Assembly (NCBI GenBank): GCA_043750125.1 | Contig: JAYVCD010000011.1 | Location: 1 to 18,609 of the forward strand | DNA from: Archangiaceae bacterium | GTDB taxonomy: Bacteria > Myxococcota > Myxococcia > Myxococcales > Myxococcaceae | DNA: 18,609 nucleotides | Reading direction: 5' to 3' | Shown here: positions 6,742-16,266 of the stretch, piece after piece | Layout: every line of letters begins with the position of its first letter | Numbering within the stretch: the stretch's first letter is position 1 | Program-made: the position numbers and the translations under genes | The notes under the pieces: model-generated | Database searches by the model: none | What the model saw: the letters and a program-made list of their open reading frames with translations, nothing else | Told to the model about the DNA's origin: nothing

Positions 6742-8487
6742 TTACTTGCAGGTCTCAGTCAGTGAGGTGGTGGCGGCAATGCACCGCAGGCACCCCGGGC
6801 AGAGCGATGGATTGCAGGTGGCCGCGACCCCACAGTTGGTGACGTACGTCGCCGTGACCCCGCAGGCCGGAGCAAAGGCCGCCGTCCAACCGAGGGTCCC
6901 CGAGCAGTCGGCATCTCCCGTGGTACAAGATCCGGTGAGCCTGCAGGCAAGGGCGTCGGTGAAGGACTTTGTCTCCGTCCCATCGCAGTTGAAGTCGAAG
7001 CCGCCACACCCCTGTCGGGGCACCCCAGAAGGTCCGCCTGCGGGATTGGCGCGGCTGTCGGTGTCGCAGCAGTCCGCGGAATTGCCCGAATACCCCGTCG
7101 GCGCAGCCGTGCCACAGAACTTCGCGGGGGCGGTAGCGGCCCCGAAACCGTCACCATCGGAATCTCGAAAGAAAGTGGTGCACGTGTTGGAGGCGCACTC
7201 ACACGCCTGGCTGCACGGCCTTCCGTCCCCTTCGTCCCTGAGGCAACTGTTGCCCGCCGTACAGTACGCGCCCGACTTGCAGTCCAGCGAGCAAGATCCG
7301 CCGCTGCAGGCGGTGAAGCAGGCGCCGTTGCCGTTGCAGGTGAAGGCCGCGCACTCGCTTTGAGGATCTGAGGTGGCCGCGAAGTTGGTGCAGGTCCCCA
7401 ACGTCGCCCCGTTGCAGGACTGGCAAGCCGAGCCGCAGGCGGTGTTGCAGCAAACTCCATCGATGCAGAAGTTGGAGGCGCACTGCGCTGGATCAGTGCA
7501 GGTCTTCCCATTGACGAACAAGGGGACACAGACGCCGTTCTGGCAGAACCGGGTGGCCCCGCAGCCATTGATGTCGGTCGGGCATTGAGTGGAAACGCCG
7601 GTGCACTTCTCTTCGACGTCGCACGCGCCACTGATCGGGCGGCAGACCGCGGTCGAGGGCAGCAGAAGGTCCGCCGGGCAGCTCGCACTGCTGCCGCTGC
7701 ATTTCTCTGCCGCGTCGCACAGGCCTGCGGACACTCTGCAAACAGTCCCGGTGATGTCGAACGCGTCGACGGGACAGGCGGCAGCGTCACCCGGGCACAC
7801 CTCTTCTACATCGCAGACGCCCGCGGAGGCGCGGCACGAGACTCCCTTGGGTTTGAAACCGTCGACGGGGCATGCCGCCGCAATTCCGCTGCAGACCTCT
7901 TGCACGTCGCACGGCTGACTGAGGTTTGCGGCTCGGCAGATGACGCCTGCCTTCACGAAGTCGTCGACGGGACAGGTGGCCGCGGTGCCGGTGCAGAACT
8001 CGGCGACATCGCACTGCGCGCCCGTCGCCGCTGCACGGCATTGAACCGTCGAAGCCGCAAAGGTGTCCGTCGGGCAGAGGAGATTGCTGCAGCTCTCAGC
8101 CACATCGCAGGTCGAGGCTGCGCCGCGGCACTCTTTGCCCTCGCAGTCGGGATCTTCGCAGTCGAACTTGCCGTCGTTGTCGTCGTCGAGGCCGTTCAAG
8201 CACAACGTCTCGGTCCCGGGCGCGCCGCCTCCGCTCCCGCCGCCGACGCCTCCAGTCCCGCCGCCGACGCCGCCGGTGCCGCCGCCGACGCTTCCAGTCC
8301 CGCCGCCCACGCTTCCGGTGCCTCCGCCGACTCCCGCCCCCAGCTCACACTTCAAGGCGATGCAGCTCTGCCCGGTCGGGCAGTTGTCGCTGGTCAAACA
8401 GGGTGCGCCGGTGGTGTTCGCAACACACGCGGCGACGACGATCAGTGAGAGAGCACAGAGGAGCAGTGGCCAGCGGGTGTGGCTCAT
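6742..8487 (-). CDS. Cys-rich surface lipoprotein with six disintegrin-like repeats and DxDxDG metal-binding motifs, 581 aa
   Basis: RBS AGGGAG 5 nt upstream and lipobox-like VAA|C21. Small 4-Cys module, Gly linker, CLNGLDDDNDGKFDCEDPDC, 6x CR-x5-7-CD-xxE-xC-x4-6-CPxD, CASNFCIDGVCCNTAC, FFRDSDGDGFG...DCCD. About 72 Cys by hand count. Confidence 0.85.
   Translation of the reverse strand: MSHTRWPLLLCALSLIVVAACVANTTGAPCLTSDNCPTGQSCIALKCELGAGVGGGTGSVGGGTGSVGGGTGGVGGGTGGVGGGSGGGAPGTETLCLNGLDDDNDGKFDCEDPDCEGKECRGAASTCDVAESCSNLLCPTDTFAASTVQCRAAATGAQCDVAEFCTGTAATCPVDDFVKAGVICRAANLSQPCDVQEVCSGIAAACPVDGFKPKGVSCRASAGVCDVEEVCPGDAAACPVDAFDITGTVCRVSAGLCDAAEKCSGSSASCPADLLLPSTAVCRPISGACDVEEKCTGVSTQCPTDINGCGATRFCQNGVCVPLFVNGKTCTDPAQCASNFCIDGVCCNTACGSACQSCNGATLGTCTNFAATSDPQSECAAFTCNGNGACFTACSGGSCSLDCKSGAYCTAGNSCLRDEGDGRPCSQACECASNTCTTFFRDSDGDGFGAATAPAKFCGTAAPTGYSGNSADCCDTDSRANPAGGPSGVPRQGCGGFDFNCDGTETKSFTDALACRLTGSCTTGDADCSGTLGWTAAFAPACGVTATYVTNCGVAATCNPSLCPGCLRCIAATTSLTETCK
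7573..8130 (-). repeat. Six tandem ~30-34-aa disintegrin-like coding repeats
   Basis: CRGAASTCDVAESC, CRAAATGAQCDVAEFCTG, CRAANLSQPCDVQEVCSG, CRASAGVCDVEEVCPG, CRVSAGLCDAAEKCSG and CRPISGACDVEEKCTG, each followed by CPxD. Confidence 0.9.
8236..8340 (-). repeat. ~5 x 21-bp coding tandem repeat (VGGGTGS/G linker)
   Basis: cccgccgccgacgcctccagt / cccgccgccgacgccgccggt / gccgccgccgacgcttccagt / cccgccgcccacgcttccggt / gcctccgccgactcccgcccc. Confidence 0.85.
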
Positions 8488-8511
8488 GACGACTCCCTGA
8501 AACAGCGACGA

Positions 8512-9474
8512 TTAGTTTCGGCCTTCCACGAAGAACAGGACCACGGCCGTGATCGCAGCGGCTCCGGCGACGCCATACGCGACGTTGGCGCCCAGAGCCA
8601 TGCTGTTGGCTTTGCTGACCAACGCGTCGGCCTCGAGCCGGCTGTGGATCCTGGCGTGCAGCTCACTCGAGGCTCCGCCGGCCATCACTCCCAGGCCGGC
8701 CCCGACTCCGCCGGCGACCACCGCGCCGCCCGCGGCCACCCAGGTGAACACCCGCTTGCCCCCGGTGGAGCTCGAAGGCTTCCGCTCGATGATGCTCTCG
8801 GGCGGCGTGCTCGATGCGACGGGCGTCGGCGTGGGCTCGGTGATCGACGCGGTGCTCGGCTGCTTGAGGCCCTCGTCTTTCTTCGGAGCGTCGGCGATAG
8901 GGCCCGTACCGGCCGCGAGGTTGATCGTCACTTCCTGAGAACGCACCGCGGACATCGTGAACGAGCGTTCGACGGTGGCGTAGCCTTCGGCCCGTGCGAC
9001 CAGCTTGTGTGGGCCAGGCGCCAGCTCGGTCGACGCGGGCGAGAGCCCGAGATCCTTTCCATCAATCTGGATTTTCGCGGTCGGCGGGTCGGCGAAGACC
9101 AGGACCTGCTGAACCCCGCGGTCCTTGAGCTTCCGCTCGAGATTGGCGATCGAGTCCCCGACCGCCACTTTGTCCGAGGCATCCGGCAGCGCACGCAGGT
9201 AGTCGCGGTAGGCGCGCAGAGCCTTCCCGGTCTCTCCTTTCCCGGTCTCTCCCATCAGCTCGTAGCACTTGCCGATGTTGAAGAAGATGACCGGGTGAGG
9301 ACGGGCGACGTACGCTTCTTCGAACTTGGTGACGGCCTCGCCGTACTTCCCCAGGTCGAACAACTTCTTGCCCGCGTTGAAGAGCTCCTTCGCTTTCGCC
9401 GGGTCGGGCACCTTGGCGGGCGGGGGAGGGGCTGCCGAAACCGCGACCGACACTGCGAGCAAGAGCGAAAACAT
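8512..9474 (-). CDS. Exported TPR + PEGA domain protein with C-terminal Gly/Ala-rich hydrophobic helices, 320 aa
   Basis: ATG 9474 gives signal peptide MFSLLLAVSVAVSA. TPRs AKELFNAGKKLFDLGKYGEA.../FFNIGKCYE...ALRAYRDYL. PEGA DPPTAKIQIDGKDLGLSP...PGPHKLVARAEGY. Pro/Thr linker, then two hydrophobic helices. Confidence 0.88.
   Translation of the reverse strand: MFSLLLAVSVAVSAAPPPPAKVPDPAKAKELFNAGKKLFDLGKYGEAVTKFEEAYVARPHPVIFFNIGKCYELMGETGKGETGKALRAYRDYLRALPDASDKVAVGDSIANLERKLKDRGVQQVLVFADPPTAKIQIDGKDLGLSPASTELAPGPHKLVARAEGYATVERSFTMSAVRSQEVTINLAAGTGPIADAPKKDEGLKQPSTASITEPTPTPVASSTPPESIIERKPSSSTGGKRVFTWVAAGGAVVAGGVGAGLGVMAGGASSELHARIHSRLEADALVSKANSMALGANVAYGVAGAAAITAVVLFFVEGRN
9223..9252. repeat. 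15-bp tandem duplication (GETGK x2) in TPR loop
   Basis: cttcccggtctctcc / tttcccggtctctcc, 14 of 15 identical. Confidence 0.85.
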
Positions 9475-9671
9475 GGCGGTCAATCTGGCAGATCCGCACG
9501 CTCTTTCAAATTGCTTCACACCGCCCTGGAGCTCGAAGACGACGAAAGTAGTGGGTGGAAGCGTCTATCGGCGAAGGTGGGATCCCCAGCCGAATCAGGG
9601 CCACGATATTCAGGTTTAGCCATGGCCTTCGCGGTTTCGGGCGGGACAGAGGCCCGTGCTACGAACTTGCG

Positions 9672-10049
9672 GTGAAGACAACTCAGGCGCCCTTTGCAGC
9701 ACCCCGTGCCGAGGAACCTTTTCTCGCCCGGGGCGCGCTCTTCGCCCTCACGCTGACCCCGCCCTTGATCACCTTGGTGACCGCTCGGCTCGGCTCGGGC
9801 CCGGTGTCGGTGGTGCACGTCCAGTCCGTCCTATTGCGGCATCAACCCAGGTGAATAATGCCTGGTCTTCGATGCCGCGCTGCTCGATGCCGCTCAGCTC
9901 ACGTCCGACCCGATGCTGCTGCAGACCGACGAAGGTCTCGCCGAAGAGGCCCTGCGACGAACGATTCCGGCCGCAGAAGGTTTTCGACGCTCAATCGGTC
10001 GACTGGAAGTCCACCCGGCGCGTTTCGGCACGGGCTGCAAAACCCTTCT

Positions 10050-10053
<4 letters not shown>
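9672..10053 (+). pseudogene. Probable decayed fragment of an AraC-family regulator (OruR/arabinose-binding-like N-domain)
   Basis: Joining frames at ~9860 gives ...ARPVRPIAASTQVNNA/LVFDAALLDAAQLTSDPMLLQTDEGLAEEALRRTIPAAEGFRRS. This resembles the PVxF...NALVFxxxxLDxPxxxADP segment of that family. Frameshifted, no HTH. Boundaries are approximate. Confidence 0.4.
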
Positions 10054-12083
<2,030 letters not shown>

Positions 12084-12172
12084 TGAGGGTCAGGAAGCCA
12101 TAACTTCGCGCTGGAGGCCAGTTGCCGTTCCGCACACATCGAAAGACCGGGGTATCTGGTAGAGCAGCGCAG

Positions 12173-13753
12173 ATGAACCGCAGCCACTGGGGTTGGGGCT
12201 ACCTGGAGCAGATGCCTCCACTGGCCGAGGTTGCTCCCCGGGCGACGGCCTTCTTCGGACCGCTGGAAACCCAGAGTTGTGTTCCGATAGATGCTGTCGT
12301 GGTGCCCAGGCCCCGGGTCGAAGTGCCCCCTGCGCTCAACGACTTCGCCAGCGCCCAGCCGGAACCGCGGCTTCGGCACACCTGGGGGCGTGGGTACCCC
12401 GATCGGCTGCGCGGCTTCCGCGGAGATTTCTCGGCCGCCCCGGACCTCGTCGTCACCCCGCGCACCGAAGCCGAGGTCGCGCTCGCGCTGGCGGTCTGCG
12501 AGCAACAGCGGCTCACCGTCACCCCCTACGGCGGAGGCAGCAGCGTCGTCCGGGGCATCGAGCCGGTGCTGGGAAAAGGCCACCGCGGGACCGTCAGCCT
12601 CGACCTGGGCGCCTTGAACCAGGTGCTGGAGGTCGACGCCACCTCGAGACTGGCGCGGATTGAAGGGGGGGTGTTCGGCCCGGCGCTCGAAAAGCAGCTG
12701 GGCGCTCACGGGCTGACCCTGCGGCACTTTCCCCAGTCGTTCGAATTTTCGACGCTGGGAGGGTGGATCGCCACCCGCGCAGGCGGCCACTTCGCGACGC
12801 TCTACACCCACATCGATGAGCAGGTGCATTCGGCGCGGATGGTGACCCCGCGGGGGCTGTGGGCCAGCAAGTCCTTTCCGGCCAGTGGCGCCGGCTCGGA
12901 TCCCAACCGCTGGGTCTGCGGCAGCGAAGGGACCCTGGGCGTGATTACCGAGGCGTGGATGCGGGTGTTGCCCCGGCCCACCTTCCGCGCGAACGCCAGC
13001 CTCCACTTCGAGCGCTTCGATCAGGCGGTGCGGGCGACGCGGGAAATTTCTCAAAGCGGCCTGTTTCCGTCGAACGCGCGGCTGCTCGACGCTTCGGAAG
13101 CGATGGTCCACGGGGTATCGGGCGATGGCTCGGCGGTGCTGATCCTGGCCTTCGAGTCGGCCGACCACCCGCTGGGGCCGTGGCTCGAACGGGCGATGGC
13201 GATCGCCGCCTCGCACGGAGGAACCTGCCCCCGGGGTGCCCTGGTGCGCGACGATGCGTCGGGTGCCCGAGCCGCCGACGCCGCCGAGAGCTGGCGCACG
13301 GCCTTCTTGAAGGGCCCCTACCTGCAGGACGCGATGATTCAGCTGGGGGTGATTGCCGACACCTTCGAGACCGCCTGCACCTGGACCGCGTTCGAAAAGC
13401 TGTACGGGGAAGTCAACGCGACGATGCAGGACGCCTTGCAGCGGGTCTGCGGAGGCGGAGTGGTCACCTGTCGCTTCACCCACCTCTACCCCGACGGTCC
13501 GGCCCCGTACTTCACGTTCATCGGCAAGGCGCGCCAGGGCGCTGAGCTCGAGCAGTGGGCCGAGCTGAAAGCCGCAGCGTGCGATGCCCTGGCAAAGTGG
13601 GGCGGCACGATCACCCACCACCATGCGGTCGGTCGGACCCACAAGCCCTGGTATGACCTCGAGCGGCCCGAGCCGTTCGCCCAGGCCTTCATCGCCGCGC
13701 GCCGCGCCGTCGACCCCGCCGGAATCTTGAACCCCGGAGTGCTCACCGGATGA
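12173..13753 (+). CDS. FAD-binding oxidoreductase, alkyl-dihydroxyacetonephosphate synthase-like (VAO/PCMH family), 526 aa
   Basis: ATG 12173 (MNRSHWGWG). PYGGGSSVVRG, HFPQSFEFSTLGGWIATR, GSEGTLGVITE, THLYPDG, TITHHHAVG (HHH motif) and DPAGILNPG. Confidence 0.9.
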   Translation: MNRSHWGWGYLEQMPPLAEVAPRATAFFGPLETQSCVPIDAVVVPRPRVEVPPALNDFASAQPEPRLRHTWGRGYPDRLRGFRGDFSAAPDLVVTPRTEAEVALALAVCEQQRLTVTPYGGGSSVVRGIEPVLGKGHRGTVSLDLGALNQVLEVDATSRLARIEGGVFGPALEKQLGAHGLTLRHFPQSFEFSTLGGWIATRAGGHFATLYTHIDEQVHSARMVTPRGLWASKSFPASGAGSDPNRWVCGSEGTLGVITEAWMRVLPRPTFRANASLHFERFDQAVRATREISQSGLFPSNARLLDASEAMVHGVSGDGSAVLILAFESADHPLGPWLERAMAIAASHGGTCPRGALVRDDASGARAADAAESWRTAFLKGPYLQDAMIQLGVIADTFETACTWTAFEKLYGEVNATMQDALQRVCGGGVVTCRFTHLYPDGPAPYFTFIGKARQGAELEQWAELKAAACDALAKWGGTITHHHAVGRTHKPWYDLERPEPFAQAFIAARRAVDPAGILNPGVLTG

Positions 13754-14253
13754 AGAAGAAGACGGCGTTGATCCTGCTCGTGATCGGGGGCCTGGTCGGG
13801 GTGAGCATGATTGGCGTGCTCACCGCCATCGCGCTGCCGAACTTCCTCAAGTACCGCTACAAGTCGAAGCAGAGCGAAGCGAAGTACATGCTCAAGGTCC
13901 TGCTGACCCAGGAGCAGGAATTCCGCCGGGTCCAGGGCTTTTGGGCCACCAGCTCTCGAGAGCTGGTCGAGTACGTCAACAGCGCGCCTCGCAGCAGCAC
14001 CTGCTTTCTGGGCCCCGGAGCCGGGTGGGGCGGGAAGGGCGACGTGAAGTTCGAGCAACTGCCCGCCGGGGTGCGCGAGCGGCTGAGCGCGAATCTCGAG
14101 GCGGTCGCCGCCCAGAAGAGCAAGCGGAACCCCGATGCAGATCTGACGATTGCCTGCGCAGTGAACCTCGATGACGACCCCGCGCTCGACGTGTGGTCGA
14201 TCAGCTCCAGTGAGCCGACTCCGCGCAACGACTTTTCCGACCTCGGCGAGTAG
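13750..14253 (+). CDS. Type IV pilin (PilA)-like protein without class III signal peptide, 167 aa
   Basis: IGVLTAIALPNFLKYRYKSKQSEAKYMLK parallels the deltaproteobacterial PilA helix. C-terminal NLDDDPALDVWSIS. ATGA-coupled to the upstream gene. Confidence 0.8.
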   Translation: MKKKTALILLVIGGLVGVSMIGVLTAIALPNFLKYRYKSKQSEAKYMLKVLLTQEQEFRRVQGFWATSSRELVEYVNSAPRSSTCFLGPGAGWGGKGDVKFEQLPAGVRERLSANLEAVAAQKSKRNPDADLTIACAVNLDDDPALDVWSISSSEPTPRNDFSDLGE

Positions 14254-14261
14254 GCCCCCTT

Positions 14262-15236
14262 TCAGGGAGCCAGCGGCGGCACCACAGACGGGGCGCGGGG
14301 CTGGGCGATTTCCTGCCTCAGCTGGGCGATGCCACGGGTCAGCATCGGCGGCTGCTCGTCAATCGGTGCTTCGAGCACGTACCGTTCGAACTGCGCCAGC
14401 GCGCGTTCCCGGTCGTCGGCTTGAAGCGCGAGCATTCCGGCGAACAACCGCGCCTCGTGCGCATCCTCGAAGGTGTCGGCGATGTGCTGCAGCTCATCGA
14501 GCGCGGTCGTCGTCTGCCCATCGGCGGCGAGCAGGACGGCGCGGTGGGTCCGGGTCGGCACGTGGTACGGGTCCAGCGAGGTCGCACGCCGAATCAGCGG
14601 AGCGGCGTCTTCGAACATCTGCCGCGAGATCAGCTCCTTCGCAGCGTTGCTCAAGGCGTCGATGTCATCGGGTGAACGGTTCGCCCGCTCCATCGCCGTC
14701 TTCAGCTCGAGGTCTTCTTTGGGGGCCCCTTCCATCGGGCCCCTGGATCCTCCCGGCTGGATTCCGGTCATCCCCTGACCGTCCTCGCGCGCCTTCGACT
14801 CTTGCGAGAGGACGATGCCCAGCACCACGAAGAAGCCCACAACTCCCGCGCCCCACAGCGCGCCCTTCAGCGCCGGATTCTTCGCCAGGAACCCGCTGCC
14901 TTCAGCCTGCGCGACCTTCTTCTGCGCGCGTGCCTGGGCCTTCAGGGCGTGGTGCTTGACTCCCGCGCTCTCGCGCAACACCGCGGCGGCCGCTTGCTCG
15001 AGCCGAGCCTGTTCCGCCGCCCACGCTTCGGCGGAATGAATGTGCTTGTTGGCGGTGTGCTCTTTGAGCTGGGCAATCAGCCCCTGGTAGCGCGTCTCGA
15101 GATCTTCGGCCGAGGACGGCGGAGCGACCGGCCGGTGCTTGCGAAGCGAGAGCAGCAAGAACGTCACCGCGGCGATGAACGCCGAAACGAGCGCGACGGT
15201 GCCCGGCAGCCAGTTGGTGGTTGCAGCGTGATTCAT
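14262..15236 (-). CDS. ccmI: TPR-containing cytochrome c maturation protein (CcmI/CycH-like), 324 aa
   Basis: ATG 15236 overlaps the ccmH stop (ATGA). N-terminal TM, coiled coil, second TM, then periplasmic TPRs. Last gene of the ccm operon. Confidence 0.75.
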   Translation of the reverse strand: MNHAATTNWLPGTVALVSAFIAAVTFLLLSLRKHRPVAPPSSAEDLETRYQGLIAQLKEHTANKHIHSAEAWAAEQARLEQAAAAVLRESAGVKHHALKAQARAQKKVAQAEGSGFLAKNPALKGALWGAGVVGFFVVLGIVLSQESKAREDGQGMTGIQPGGSRGPMEGAPKEDLELKTAMERANRSPDDIDALSNAAKELISRQMFEDAAPLIRRATSLDPYHVPTRTHRAVLLAADGQTTTALDELQHIADTFEDAHEARLFAGMLALQADDRERALAQFERYVLEAPIDEQPPMLTRGIAQLRQEIAQPRAPSVVPPLAP

Positions 15237-15691
15237 GGCTTGTCCAGATCGGCCCGGACCTGGGCGAGGAAGTCGTCGGACACAGGCGCTTCGACCGGAA
15301 TGGCTGCCACCGGCTTTTTCTTCACCTGGCTCATGATCACGATCAGCCCGATTCCGAGCAGGAACACCGGGCCCAGCCAGAGGAAGGCGTTGAGCCCGTC
15401 TTTGCGCGGCTCGAGCAGCACCCATTCTCCGTAGCGCGCGACGAAGTAGGTCTCGATCTCTTCGTCGGTGCGGTCCTCGGCGACCAGCTCGCGCACCTTG
15501 TCCAGCTGCGCGCGGGCCATCGAAGCGGGCGAGTCTGAAATCGCGACGCCCTGGCAGACGGCGCAGCGGAACTTCTTTCCCAACCGCATCACCCGCTGCT
15601 CGTGCTGCTGATCCAACGGGTCGGCTGCGGGCCGGGCGGGGGCGTATTGGCCCGAGATCAACGAGGCGATCAGCGCGAGCGACGCGAGCAC
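15233..15691 (-). CDS. ccmH: Cytochrome c biogenesis protein CcmH, 152 aa
   Basis: FRCAVCQGVAISDS, YFVARYGEWVLLEP and the LWLGP TM. Confidence 0.93.
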   Translation of the reverse strand: MLASLALIASLISGQYAPARPAADPLDQQHEQRVMRLGKKFRCAVCQGVAISDSPASMARAQLDKVRELVAEDRTDEEIETYFVARYGEWVLLEPRKDGLNAFLWLGPVFLLGIGLIVIMSQVKKKPVAAIPVEAPVSDDFLAQVRADLDKP

Positions 15692-16266
15692 TAAAGAATC
15701 TCCTCGATGCGCTGGCTCAGCGTGGGGGGATCAATCGGGTAGGGGTACTTGCCGACGATCGTCCCCTGCTTGTTGATGAAGTAGGTCTCAGGGACTCCAG
15801 CGACCGCGTAGTCCACGGCGACGGTCGACTTTGGATCGTACAGCTGGGTCCAACTTCCCCCGTTCTCGCGCAGGAACTTCTTCGTCGCCTCTTCGGTGTC
15901 CTCGAAGACCACGCCCAGCATCACCACGTCCTTCCCGTACTTGTGGTGCGCCCACTCGAGCGAAGGGTGCTCGAGCTTGCAGGGCCCGCACCAGGTGGCC
16001 CAGAAGTTCAGCACGATCGGTCGGCCGATGAAGTCTTTGAGGTGCACCGTCTCACCGGTGTCCAGCCGCTTCATCGTGAACAGCGGCGCAGGCTTGCCCG
16101 CCATCAGAAAAGGCACCGCGTGGGGATCGTAGGCCGCGCCCACGAACAGCTCGGCGAACATCAAACGGAACAGAACGAAGAGCAGAAACCCTGCCGTCGC
16201 GGCCGCGAGTGCGACGACTCCCCAGCGCTTCATCGGGTGGGGGGCGGTGGCCGCTTGGGTCGTCAC
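15691..16266 (-). CDS. ccmG: Thiol:disulfide oxidoreductase CcmG/DsbE (TlpA-like), 191 aa
   Basis: GTG 16266 overlaps the ccmF stop (GTGA). N-terminal [14 protein letters not shown] and GVPETYFIN. Confidence 0.9.
   Translation of the reverse strand: MTTQAATAPHPMKRWGVVALAAATAGFLLFVLFRLMFAELFVGAAYDPHAVPFLMAGKPAPLFTMKRLDTGETVHLKDFIGRPIVLNFWATWCGPCKLEHPSLEWAHHKYGKDVVMLGVVFEDTEEATKKFLRENGGSWTQLYDPKSTVAVDYAVAGVPETYFINKQGTIVGKYPYPIDPPTLSQRIEEIL

Noticed and set aside
8236-8340. Possible CRISPR-like array
   Set aside because: Contiguous coding repeats without unique spacers, and no cas genes.
6742-8487. Cys-rich lipoprotein as a multiheme cytochrome substrate of the nearby Ccm system
   Set aside because: No CxxCH motifs. 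The mature protein has no His.
9520-9670. Short stems (GGCCA/TGGCC, CGGGC/GCCCG) suggesting an ncRNA or riboswitch
   Set aside because: 5-bp stems are expected by chance at this GC content, and no known RNA motif was recognised. A covariance-model search would settle it.
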